A stretch of DNA of 64,000 bases from Minisyncoccota bacterium (GTDB lineage Bacteria > Patescibacteriota > Minisyncoccia > Phycocordibacterales > UBA918), in the NCBI GenBank assembly GCA_041389045.1, contig JAWKSQ010000001.1, positions 139,063 to 203,062 of the forward strand. Direction: 5' to 3'. The notes beneath the pieces are model-generated. The model saw only the letters and a program-made list of their open reading frames with translations. It made no database searches and was not told where the DNA came from. Made by a program: the position numbers and the translations under genes. Of the stretch, positions 35,897 through 44,331 are shown one piece after another; the stretch's first letter is position 1, and every line of letters starts with the position of its first letter.

Positions 35897-35969
35897 TGCG
35901 CGATGAGAGGCTCGAACTCCCGACCTTCGCAGTGTAAATGCGCTGCTCTACCAACTGAGCTAATCGCGC
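35897..35969 (-). tRNA. tRNA-Val (anticodon TAC)
   Basis: Acceptor GCGCGAT/ATCGCGC, D arm GCTCAGTTGGTAGAGC, anticodon loop TTTACAC, T arm GGGAG-TTCGAGC-CTCTC, discriminator A. Confidence 0.85.
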
Positions 35970-36055
35970 AGACTTTCATATCTGCGTCGCCATATACTAC
36001 CGGTTTTTCAAATATTATCAATATCTCTCCTGGCAGGTATACTGTGTCATATATT

Positions 36056-36328
36056 ATGACAGAAATTCAGTGTGTAATAACTGGTAAAGTGCAAAGAGTT
36101 GGTTATCGAGATTTTGTTCAAGATGCTGCCGCTGAACTTGGGCTGTTTGGCTACGTGCAAAATCAAGCGGACGGCTCGGTCACTCTAGTGGCTCAAGGTG
36201 AACCAGAATCACTTAGACTCTTTGTTGAATATTTGCACGAAGGTTCACCCTTGTCGAAAGTAGAGGGAGTGGCTGTTGAGTGGCGAACCTCGACGAAACT
36301 ATATGATGATTTTTCTAGTTTAATTTAG
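36056..36328 (+). CDS. acyP: acylphosphatase
   Basis: ITGKVQRVGYRDFV..GYVQNQADGSVTLVAQGE. The start is set at the internal ATG 36056, because the upstream part of the ORF-track frame runs over the tRNA. Confidence 0.85.
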   Translation: MTEIQCVITGKVQRVGYRDFVQDAAAELGLFGYVQNQADGSVTLVAQGEPESLRLFVEYLHEGSPLSKVEGVAVEWRTSTKLYDDFSSLI

Positions 36329-36329
36329 G

Positions 36330-37016
36330 ATGAAAACAAACTCCGGTTCGCTCCAGTGTGTGGGATTTATTATGGATGGTAATCGACGCTTTGCTAAGGC
36401 GAAGGGTGAAGAAACCTTAGCAGGGCATTTGGCTGGGAAGGAGAAATTTAAGGAGGTAATAGATTGGGTGATTGAGGCTAGTATCCCCCATGCGGTTTTC
36501 TATGCTTTTTCAACTGAAAATTGGAAACGTAGCGCAGATGAAATTGAATATCTATTGGGGTTATTAATGAATGAATCAGACCCTGATTCAAATTATATTA
36601 ATAAAAATGTCAGATTAAGGACAATCGGAGATATTGATCGCTTTCCAAAGTTGATGCAGGCTAGGCTTAGAAAGTCAGAGCTTGAAACAGCTGGCAAGAG
36701 ATATGTCACAACAGTTTGGTTGGCTTTGTCATACGGTGGTCGAGCTGAAATTGTTAAAGCGGTAAATCTGGCTATTAAAAATGGAGAACCAGTAACGGAA
36801 AAATCTTTTCACCAGCTACTAGAGACTAGAGAAATGCCTGACCCCGATCTAATCATTAGGACCGGTGGGGAACAAAGGTTATCGAACTTTCTCCCTTGGC
36901 AAAGTATCTATAGTGAACTTTTCTTTGTTGATACCTACTGGCCGGCTTTTACAAAAGACGAATTTCAGCGTATTCTCAGCGAATATGCAAAAAGAGAACG
37001 GAGACTTGGTCGCTAA
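36330..37016 (+). CDS. uppS: isoprenyl transferase (undecaprenyl diphosphate synthase)
   Basis: GFIMDGNRRFAK, FSTENWKR and RTGGEQRLSNFLPWQSIYSELFF. Confidence 0.9.
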   Translation: MKTNSGSLQCVGFIMDGNRRFAKAKGEETLAGHLAGKEKFKEVIDWVIEASIPHAVFYAFSTENWKRSADEIEYLLGLLMNESDPDSNYINKNVRLRTIGDIDRFPKLMQARLRKSELETAGKRYVTTVWLALSYGGRAEIVKAVNLAIKNGEPVTEKSFHQLLETREMPDPDLIIRTGGEQRLSNFLPWQSIYSELFFVDTYWPAFTKDEFQRILSEYAKRERRLGR

Positions 37017-37767
37017 TGATGTGGCTTTGATTCCAGAAATAATCTACGAAGATGATGATGTTTTGGTAATTAACAAACCTTATGGTTTGCTTGTGCATGA
37101 GGATTGGACAGCTAGTAACTCGCAGACAGTAGTCGAGTGGTTTCTTGACCGAGTGCCAAGTGCTCACGGGGTAGGTGAAGTAACGACTAAGCCAGACGGG
37201 ACACCACTTGAACGTTCGGGGGTAGTGCATCGCTTAGACCGAGAAACTTCTGGAGTGATGATTTTGGCTAAGACAGCTAAGGCGCACGCTCATTTGAAAA
37301 AGCAGTTTCATGATCGATTGGTTAAAAAAGAGTATCGTGCTTTCGTCTACGGACGACTACATGATCAGTGGGGAACTATCAACCGACCGATTGGGCGCAA
37401 TCCAAAAGACTTCAAGAAGCGTTCCGCTGAAAGGGGAGCGAAGGGTACCCTTCGTGACGCCCTTACTTACTTTGAAAGAATTGGTGTCGGTGAGTATGAG
37501 GGCGAACCATTTTCTTACGTTAAGCTCTTACCTAAAACTGGTCGAACCCATCAACTGCGGGTGCACTTAAGGGCGATAGACAGAGCCATCGTGTGTGACG
37601 CACTTTATGCCGATAAGAAAATGCCAATCTCTAATAATTTAGGTTTAGACCGACTGGCTCTCCATGCGCATGTTCTGGAAATAGAAATGTTAAATGGTGA
37701 AAAAGAGCGCTTCATTGCAACGATTCCAAGGGATTTTGAGCTAGCGGCTGAACGTATTGCAGAGTAG
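37006..37767 (+). CDS. RluA-family pseudouridine synthase (no S4 domain)
   Basis: VLVINKPYGLLVH, HRLDRETSGVMILAK and GRTHQLRVH. Start uncertain (TTG 37006 or GTG 37021). The long upstream extension in the ORF track overlaps uppS and I rejected it. Confidence 0.75.
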   Translation: MVANDVALIPEIIYEDDDVLVINKPYGLLVHEDWTASNSQTVVEWFLDRVPSAHGVGEVTTKPDGTPLERSGVVHRLDRETSGVMILAKTAKAHAHLKKQFHDRLVKKEYRAFVYGRLHDQWGTINRPIGRNPKDFKKRSAERGAKGTLRDALTYFERIGVGEYEGEPFSYVKLLPKTGRTHQLRVHLRAIDRAIVCDALYADKKMPISNNLGLDRLALHAHVLEIEMLNGEKERFIATIPRDFELAAERIAE

Positions 37768-37823
37768 GAAGGGGTGTGGTAGATTATGGCACGTTTAATC
37801 GTCCTATTGATTAGGTATTTATT

Positions 37824-38498
37824 ATGAAAACAGCAGTTACAGGAGTTACGGTTTCGCCCGTAAATATGAGTGAAAGAGTCGACCTAGGAATTAGGGCTGG
37901 CGACACTGTTCGTGTGCACCAGAAAATTCAAGATAAAGGTAAGACACGTATCCAGATTTTTGAAGGAATCGTGTTGGCCCGTAAGCATGGTACAGAACCA
38001 GGCGCTACTTTTACCGTTCGTAAGGTAGCTAGTGGAGTGGGTGTAGAAAAAATCTTCCCGCTTTACTCACCACTAATCGACAAGCTAGAAATTGTTAAGC
38101 GCGCTAAGGTTCGTCGCAGTAAGCTTTACTACATCCGTGAAAAAGTGGCTCGTGAGGTTAAGCGTCAAATGCGACGTATGACAATGATGGGGCTTTCTAC
38201 AGAGTCTGAGACCGAGTCAGCACTACGCGCAGCAGCTGAAGCCAAGGCTTTAGAAGAAGCAGAGCTAAAGGAAAAGGCTGAAGCTGAAGCTCGCGAAGCA
38301 GAATTCGCCGCTAAGGAAGCAGAAGAAAAGGCTAAGAAAGAAGAGGCGGATGCAGCGGCCAAGGCAGAAGCAGAGGCAGTTGCTACTCCAGTAGAAGAAG
38401 CTCCTGCTCCAGTTGAGACTCCAGCTGAAGAAGTAAAGGTAGAAGAAGTGAAAACAGAAGAAGCTACAGCTGTTGAAGAAAGCGAGAAGAAGGAATAA
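37824..38498 (+). CDS. rplS: 50S ribosomal protein L19 with an Ala/Glu/Lys-rich C-terminal extension
   Basis: [42 protein letters not shown] core, then about 110 aa of low-complexity AEAKEE repeats. Confidence 0.9.
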   Translation: MKTAVTGVTVSPVNMSERVDLGIRAGDTVRVHQKIQDKGKTRIQIFEGIVLARKHGTEPGATFTVRKVASGVGVEKIFPLYSPLIDKLEIVKRAKVRRSKLYYIREKVAREVKRQMRRMTMMGLSTESETESALRAAAEAKALEEAELKEKAEAEAREAEFAAKEAEEKAKKEEADAAAKAEAEAVATPVEEAPAPVETPAEEVKVEEVKTEEATAVEESEKKE

Positions 38499-38512
38499 GT
38501 TTCAAAATACCT

Positions 38513-38548
38513 AAAACAAAAACCGGACCCTCGTCCGGTTTTTGTTTT
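38513..38548 (+). terminator. rho-independent terminator after rplS
   Basis: AAAACAAAAACCGGACCC-TCG-TCCGGTTTTTGTTTT. Confidence 0.8.
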
Positions 38549-38607
38549 GCTTGAAGTAGATGGCCTTTTCAGGCATAATGGCGCCACGCCCAAAAGGCGT
38601 GTCACCT

Positions 38608-38692
38608 GCCCAGGTGGTGAAATTGGTATACACGTATCCTTGAGGTGGATATGCCGAAAGGTGTGGAGGTTCAAGTCCTCTCCTGGGCACCA
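38608..38692 (+). tRNA. tRNA-Leu (anticodon GAG), CCA encoded
   Basis: Acceptor GCCCAGG/CCTGGGC, anticodon stem TATCC/GGATA with loop TTGAGGT, long variable arm, T arm GGAGG-TTCAAGT-CCTCT, then ACCA. Confidence 0.85.
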
Positions 38693-38826
38693 GATTAAAG
38701 CCGGCGACTAGCCGGTTTTAATGTGGGCGAGAGGACTTGAAAAGCTTTTGAGGCAGAATTGACTGAAAGGAAATTGTGTCCAAAAGGTCTACTGAACATG
38801 TAATGTTCAAGTCCTCTCCTGGGCAC
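38693..38826. repeat. tRNA-linked repeat unit ending in a duplicated tRNA-Leu 3' fragment
   Basis: Terminator hairpin 38697-38719. GAGAGGACTTGAA 38729-38741 is the reverse complement of the tRNA T arm 38670-38682. GTTCAAGTCCTCTCCTGGGCAC at 38805-38826 duplicates 38669-38690 (22 nt). Confidence 0.7.
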
Positions 38827-39022
38827 AGAGTCGCAAAAACAAGAACACCACCTTTAGGTGGTGTTCTTGTTTTTAGGAAGCAAACTGCTTTGCTTCCGGC
38901 GACTCTGTGAAGCGGAGACATGTTCTTGCTCGTTTCTAGAGCAAGAACAGTTGAGCTGGGACAGCAGGTACTTAGTGCTCGCAACCAATGAAATTGGTGA
39001 GAACACTTAGTAACCTGCGTCA
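38824..39022 (-). repeat. tRNA-linked repeat unit in inverted orientation, containing the right copy of the 68-bp inverted repeat
   Basis: Closing helix CACAGAGTCGC 38824-38834 / GCGACTCTGTG 38899-38909 encloses hairpins 38835-38874 and 38876-38897. Hairpin GTTCTTGCTC..GAGCAAGAAC lies near 38921-38949. The 68-bp element is at 38955-39022. Confidence 0.7.
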
Positions 39023-39038
39023 AAAAATCTTACGTTTT

Positions 39039-39140
39039 GCCGGTTTTAATGTGGGCGAGAGGACTTGAAAAGGTTGCCAGCTATTTTGAAAAAATAGCGA
39101 CAACCTGTACTGAACTCCTAGAGTTCAAGCCCTCTTCCAA
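39039..39140. repeat. second, degenerate copy of the tRNA-Leu-linked unit
   Basis: 34 nt are identical to 38711-38744 (GCCGGTTTTAATGTGGGCGAGAGGACTTGAAAAG at 39039-39072). It ends in GTTCAAGCCCTCTTCC, a degenerate tRNA-Leu 3' fragment. Confidence 0.6.
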
Positions 39141-39190
39141 CTTATGAATATATTGACAAAATACTATAAAAATGTTATTATATAAAAATA

Positions 39191-39507
39191 ATGAAAAATC
39201 TTGGCTACAAAGTATTTTTGCTCGGAGCAGTATTCCTAATCCCTTCGTAGGGCAGGCCAATTTTGATACTACAGCGCCAGGTCTACTCGACGAAAAGCCA
39301 GTTTCTCTTTTTGAGGATATTGCCGGATGTTTCTATGGTAGTACTGAGGGTGGTTTTAACTTCACTCAACAGCCGGTGACTAATGAGTTTGACTTGAGGA
39401 TACAGAAGTTTGTGATGGGGGACTTAGTTTTTTATATTTCTGACTTAGGTGTAATCACTGCCGATAGTGACCTAATGGCTATATCAATCTATCTTTCGTA
39501 CTCGTAG
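39191..39507 (+). CDS. hypothetical small secreted protein, frame interrupted once
   Basis: Signal-like MKNLGYKVFLLGAVFLIP in one frame joins FVGQANFDTTAPG.. (ORF 39172-39507) if the C3 run near 39243 is read as C4. Confidence 0.4.
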
Positions 39508-39520
39508 GATTTACCGTTAA

Positions 39521-39569
39521 ATCCAGCTAAACACCCCAAATGTATTACATTTGGGGTGTTTAGCTGGAT
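39521..39569 (+). terminator. very long perfect hairpin (about 21-24 bp arms)
   Basis: ATCCAGCTAAACACCCCAAATGTA / TACATTTGGGGTGTTTAGCTGGAT. Confidence 0.7.
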
Positions 39570-40336
39570 AAACCGATTTTTCCATCTCTTTGGCAGTTCT
39601 CTTGTTTGAAGTAGGGTTTAAATAAAAGCGGCGCACTTTGTGCGTCGCTTTTATTAATTTACCTTCCTATTTTCCTCCTCCAAAAAGTTTTCCAAAAAAT
39701 CCTGGCTTATTTGTTGATCTACTACTTAACTGTTCCATAAAACTTCCTTTTGGGGTAGGGGTTGTTGGCCTGTTTTCAGGAGTCGGTTTTAACATGTCTC
39801 TTCCATTTCTTTCTCTTGGTATGTCTCTGGCACCAAGAGATGTGTCAACCAACTTCAAAGGAGTTTTGGTTGGTACCGAATGTAATTTTCTCCCCGCGCC
39901 TATTAACTGGGCGTTGTCACCTTCTGTTATTTTTCGCTAACTCAGCAATGGTTTGCAATTGTTCTGTGGTGGGTTCATTCAGGTGTCTTTACCGGTAATT
40001 TTATTATCAAAGGTCATTGGCGGCATTCATAGTCAGCTCCAATCCCTCTATCTGCCAGTAGTTCATCTGCTTTACTATCTTGTTCAGCTGAAGCGGAGTT
40101 GCCAACGCTGGTTTGCCACCTATCAATTCTGTAATCAATCATTTTACTTGGCTCTTCTCTAAAATAACATCATCTGCTGTTGCCCCAGCCTGTAAACACC
40201 TCATTCGTTTTTTCTATTGCCCCACCAAATTTTCTGCTCCCATATATAAATAGATTATATATTGTAATAAATAATGAATATCTAGCTATATTGTTACATA
40301 AACACCATTTGGACTCAATGGTGAGGTGGAGACGGT

Positions 40337-40365
40337 AAAACCCCGCGCCCTAGGGCGCGGTTTTT
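40337..40365 (-). terminator. GC-rich hairpin terminator
   Basis: AAAACCCCGCGCCCTAGGGCGCGGTTTTT downstream of the minus-strand gene 40389-41027. Confidence 0.6.
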
Positions 40366-40388
40366 ATATATTGGATTTACTCACTATA

Positions 40389-41027
40389 TTACAACTCACA
40401 CGTTAAACCACAGCTTTCTGGGGGTGCAATTCCTCTTTCGGGACAGCTGCCAGAAAAGATACAGGCGCGGTCTTCAACTTTGCTTAGGTATTCCTTGATA
40501 GTCTTTTCGTCTTTTTTTCCCGCATAGAGCAGAACTCTATCTAGGTCCGCTGGCACGTACTCAGTGAGGTCGCCCGCATACACTTCGTCGTTAACATATA
40601 AGACCACTTCATTTTCGTCATCGTTACAAATCTTCCTGGCTTCCGGTAGTTCAAGACAGGTATTGGTAACTAACATCGGTCGGTCTTCCAGAAATTTAAA
40701 GCTTTTCAGGAAGGTGGTAAAGGAAATGTCGCGGGCGTGCATATGTACGACTGTACCGTCGTCATCATGGAGGTGGGCATTATCACTCAGTTTTCGTTCA
40801 GCGGTGCTCATAAACTGAGGCAGGGAAAGATCGACAATATCGCCATCTACCACTAGTAGAAAGTCAGCGTGCACATGATAGTCGCCATCTTCGTGACTAT
40901 GTCCATCATCACTATGTCCTGGCCACCGCTCACTGTCAATAAGTGTTGGTAGTAAATAATTCATCAACAGCATTCCGACAATAATTCCCATCAAACAAAC
41001 TTGTAGCGGGGTAAATTTATTTTGCAT
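40389..41027 (-). CDS. hypothetical membrane-anchored His-rich protein with a C-terminal Cys cluster
   Basis: TM anchor, HSDDGHSHEDGDYHVHADF, AHLHDDDGTVVHMHA, and C-terminal CIFSGSCPERG..CGLTC. Confidence 0.55.
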   Translation of the reverse strand: MQNKFTPLQVCLMGIIVGMLLMNYLLPTLIDSERWPGHSDDGHSHEDGDYHVHADFLLVVDGDIVDLSLPQFMSTAERKLSDNAHLHDDDGTVVHMHARDISFTTFLKSFKFLEDRPMLVTNTCLELPEARKICNDDENEVVLYVNDEVYAGDLTEYVPADLDRVLLYAGKKDEKTIKEYLSKVEDRACIFSGSCPERGIAPPESCGLTCEL

Positions 41028-41110
41028 AAGGCAACTCTACGATAAGTAACCTTATGTCGCAAGCGCTATTCAACAGATAGCTATATTGCTATAATCTTTG
41101 TCATTTAAAT

Positions 41111-42415
41111 ATGAATAACAAAACCATTTTTTATCAATTATTAGGCAACACCTTGTTTGCTTCCGTTATCAACTCCTTCGTGTGGTTTGCGGTCACTTTT
41201 TGGGTGTTTCTAGAAACTGAGTCAGTGCTAGCAACTTCATATATCGCTGGTATTTTTGCGGTGGCTAATATGACCTCGGCTTTTTTGTTCGGTACCATTG
41301 TCGATCATAACCGAAAGAAAACCGCCATGTTTTATTCTTCCACTATTTCTTTGGTTAGCTATTTACTCGGAGCTCTCATTTATTTCACTCAACCAGTGGA
41401 AGTATTTGCTGACCCGTCCTCGAGTACTTTATGGTTACTGGTGGTGGTACTAATGATTGGTAGTGTGTCCGGCAATCTCCGAATGATCGCTCTTTCAACT
41501 ACGGTTTCAATGTTGTTTACGGAAGGGAAGGATAAGGCCAATGGACTAGTGGGGGCGATGAACGGAATGAGTTTTGCTATCACCTCAGTTTTAAGTGGAC
41601 TAGTGATTGGTTTTTTGGGGATGAACTTCGCCATTATTATTGCGGTTGTCGTGACGGCTATGGTTTTAATTCATCTGCCCTTTATACCGTTAGTAGAAAA
41701 GGAAATTGTTCATGTTGAAGGAGCGGGGAAGAAAATAGACTTCAAGAAAACTTTTACAGTAGTAGCAGCGGTACCTGGTTTACTGACGCTGATTTTTTTC
41801 ACTACTTTTAACAATTTCCTCGGCGGGGTCTTTATGGCGTTAATGGATGCTTACGGTCTGTCTTTGGTGTCAGTGCAAACTTGGGGAATGATGTTTGCGG
41901 TTGTTAGTCTAGGGTTCATTCTTGGCGGTGGTCTTATTGCCAAATACGGTTTAGGTAAAAATCCACTACGGTCGATGTTAACCGTAAACGTGATTACTTG
42001 GACAACTTGTATTTTCTTTACCATCCAGCCCTCAGCCATTTTGCTGTTTATGGGCATGCTTATTTGGATGACGCTAATACCGTTTATCGAGGCAGCCGAA
42101 CATACGGTCATACAGGCAGTGGTGCCTCTGGAAAAACAAGGTCGAGTATTTGGCTTTGCCCAAAGTATCGAGTCGGCGGCAACACCGATTACTACGTTTC
42201 TCATTGGCCCGATTGCTACTTTCTTTTTTATTCCGTTTATGACGACCGGTGCTGGAGTAGAACTGATCGGGGATTGGTTTGGGGTAGGGCAGGCTAGAGG
42301 TATTGCCCTAGTCTTTATTTGTGCGGGTACCATCGGACTAATTGTGACGTTGATAGCCTTTAGAACTAAATCCTACCTGGTCATTTCTGAATTGATGAAA
42401 GTAAAGAAAGTCTAA
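41111..42415 (+). CDS. MFS transporter
   Basis: 434 aa with about 12 TM segments and an MFS-like loop pattern (DHNRKKT after TM2). Confidence 0.75.
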   Translation: MNNKTIFYQLLGNTLFASVINSFVWFAVTFWVFLETESVLATSYIAGIFAVANMTSAFLFGTIVDHNRKKTAMFYSSTISLVSYLLGALIYFTQPVEVFADPSSSTLWLLVVVLMIGSVSGNLRMIALSTTVSMLFTEGKDKANGLVGAMNGMSFAITSVLSGLVIGFLGMNFAIIIAVVVTAMVLIHLPFIPLVEKEIVHVEGAGKKIDFKKTFTVVAAVPGLLTLIFFTTFNNFLGGVFMALMDAYGLSLVSVQTWGMMFAVVSLGFILGGGLIAKYGLGKNPLRSMLTVNVITWTTCIFFTIQPSAILLFMGMLIWMTLIPFIEAAEHTVIQAVVPLEKQGRVFGFAQSIESAATPITTFLIGPIATFFFIPFMTTGAGVELIGDWFGVGQARGIALVFICAGTIGLIVTLIAFRTKSYLVISELMKVKKV

Positions 42416-42443
42416 TTTTGCTAATTAAAGTAGTAAGTTAGAT

Positions 42444-42472
42444 TTGACAAAGTATAGGGTACCCCCTATACT
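42444..42472 (+). promoter_or_regulatory. sigma70-like promoter with a CsoR-family-type operator across the spacer and the -10
   Basis: TTGACA (42444-42449), 17-nt spacer, TATACT (42467-42472). Inverted repeat GTATAGGG-TACC-CCCTATAC at 42452-42471. Confidence 0.6.
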
Positions 42473-42478
42473 ATACAT

Positions 42479-42732
42479 ATGAAAAAGAAAGATTAGAAAT
42501 CGTTAATCACATTAGTCGCTTGGAGGGGCAACTGGCTTCTGTTAAGGCTGAATTACTATTGGATGATCCAGATTGCGAAAAGGCTAGCAAAACACTACAT
42601 TCTGCCTCACGGTCATTTGCTGGTTTGCGAGAACAGTTTGTAGAAACCTTTCTACTTACTCACTTCATTGATAAGTCAAAAATTAAAGATCAAGGTCTGT
42701 TTAATCAATTAATTGCACTAATAAAAAGTTAA
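42479..42732 (+). CDS. CsoR/RcnR/FrmR-family repressor, start region frameshifted at an A run
   Basis: ATGAAAAAGAAAGA at 42479 gives MKKERLEIVNHISRLEGQLASVK.. only if A5 is read as A6. The ORF track therefore starts at TTG 42520. One Cys (DPDCEK) and one His (LTHF). Confidence 0.7.
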
Positions 42733-43260
42733 ATGAAAGAAATCAAACACATCTCAGTACATTCGTTTAAAGAGGTGGTAGAAGCAGAAGAGAATAATCC
42801 GTCAGTTGATTTTATTAATGTTTGTACGCCAGCTGAGTACAAAGAGAAACATATCAAAGGAGTTCGTAGCGTCCCGCTTGATGAAATCCAAAATCGAGTC
42901 GGTGAGTTTACCGGTAAGACTACCATTTATGTGCACTGTCGGAGTGGAAACCGTAGTCAACAAGCTATCAAAAAATTAGCTGAACTGGGACTTACGGCAG
43001 ACTTAGTAAATGTAGAAGGAGGTTTATTGTCCTGGGATGAAGCTGGCTTTGCTACCAATAAGCTGACCAATCGTCTACCGTTAATGCGACAAGTAATGGT
43101 CGTGGCTGGAAGTTTAATTCTACTTGGATATATTTTGTCACTATTTAATCATAATTTTATTTGGTTAAGTGTTTTTGTGGGGGCAGGTCTTACTTTTGCT
43201 GGTCTAACTGGGTGGTGTGGTATGTCATTCTTACTTGCTAAGATGCCGTGGAATAAATAG
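42733..43260 (+). CDS. rhodanese domain fused to a C-terminal two-TM (DUF2892/YgaP-like) region
   Basis: Active-site loop HCRSGNRSQQA. C-terminal hydrophobic hairpin ending GWCGMSFLLAKMPWNK. Confidence 0.8.
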   Translation: MKEIKHISVHSFKEVVEAEENNPSVDFINVCTPAEYKEKHIKGVRSVPLDEIQNRVGEFTGKTTIYVHCRSGNRSQQAIKKLAELGLTADLVNVEGGLLSWDEAGFATNKLTNRLPLMRQVMVVAGSLILLGYILSLFNHNFIWLSVFVGAGLTFAGLTGWCGMSFLLAKMPWNK

Positions 43261-43286
43261 AAAATTATTCTTTACTCAAATTTATT

Positions 43287-44198
43287 ATGCAAAACAAAAT
43301 TAACTACACTGATTACTTGTCACATCAGCCCGAGGTGCAGGGGTTCTTTGATGAGCGTACCAACACCATTAGTTATGTGGTGGCTGATCTAGCGACTAAA
43401 AAATTCGCCATCATCGATAGTGTGATGGATTACGAACCAAATGGAGCGACTTTATTTTTCGAGAACGCTGACGCTATTGTGACTTATGTAAAAGAGCATG
43501 AATATGAAGTAGAGTGGATTCTTGAGACTCATGTTCATGCAGACCACCTTTCAGCAGCTCCATATTTAAAAGAAAAGTTAGGGGGAAAAATGGCAATTGG
43601 AAAATATATTGTGGATGTCCAAAATATATTCGGAAAAGTCTTTAATGAAGGAACCGAGTTTAAGCGTGACGGTAGTCAATTTGATCGGCTATGGGAAGAT
43701 GGTGATACTTTTATGGTCGGCAGTATACCCGCCAGTGTCATGCATACACCAGGTCATACTCCAGCTGATATGGTCTACATTATAGGTGATGCGGTTTTTG
43801 CTGGTGACACAATGTTTATGCCCGACTTCGGTACAGCCCGCTGTGATTTCCCGGGTGGTAGTTCGTCTACCATGTATGAGTCAACCCAGAAGATTTTTGC
43901 CTTGCCAGACACTATGCGAATGTTCATGTGTCACGACTATTTACCAGAAGGTCGGACAAAGTATGTTTGGGAGACAACTATCGGTGAACAGAAAAAAAGT
44001 AATATTCACCTAAAGGAGGGAACTGATCCAGATCGATTCAAGGCTATGCGTGATGCTCGTGATGCTGAGCTTGGTATGCCAAGACTCATTATTCCGTCCA
44101 TTCAAGTAAATATGCGGGCAGGTCACTTACCTAAAGATAAAGAAGCTGGAAATATAGTGCTTAAAACCCCAGTTAATAGTGTGTTTTCAAATAAATAA
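43287..44198 (+). CDS. metallo-beta-lactamase-fold persulfide dioxygenase-like protein (ETHE1/Blh type)
   Basis: ETHVHADHLSAAPY, HTPGHTP and GDTMFMPDFGTARCDFPGGS. 303 aa. Confidence 0.75.
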   Translation: MQNKINYTDYLSHQPEVQGFFDERTNTISYVVADLATKKFAIIDSVMDYEPNGATLFFENADAIVTYVKEHEYEVEWILETHVHADHLSAAPYLKEKLGGKMAIGKYIVDVQNIFGKVFNEGTEFKRDGSQFDRLWEDGDTFMVGSIPASVMHTPGHTPADMVYIIGDAVFAGDTMFMPDFGTARCDFPGGSSSTMYESTQKIFALPDTMRMFMCHDYLPEGRTKYVWETTIGEQKKSNIHLKEGTDPDRFKAMRDARDAELGMPRLIIPSIQVNMRAGHLPKDKEAGNIVLKTPVNSVFSNK

Positions 44199-44331
44199 AT
44201 AAAGGTTAAATCTATAGTCTTTAAATTTGTTACAATAAGTCCAGAGAAGCAATCATTTTGATGAAACGGGGTTAAAGAAATTGATTAAAACTGTGTCAGT
44301 TTAGATAGGGATTATTACTAAATTCGAAAAA

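Noticed and set aside
36865-37005. Upstream 140 nt of the rluA-family ORF, and similar N-terminal extensions of ruvX (32294-32377), acyP (35903-36055) and the CofE-like gene (60194-60247).
   Set aside because: These extensions overlap the preceding gene, a tRNA or a terminator, and lack homology-type sequence. I chose internal starts instead.
39655-40142. Minus-strand coding fragments (MIDYRIDRWQTSVGNSASAEQDSKADELLADRG.., ..EPTTEQLQTIAELAKNNRR, ..LVDTSLGARDIPRERNGRDMLKPTPENRPTTPTPKG..GFFGKLFGGGK).
   Set aside because: All three frames are closed near 39980-40015 and I recognise no family. This could be a heavily degraded gene or several tiny ORFs. There is not enough evidence to annotate it.
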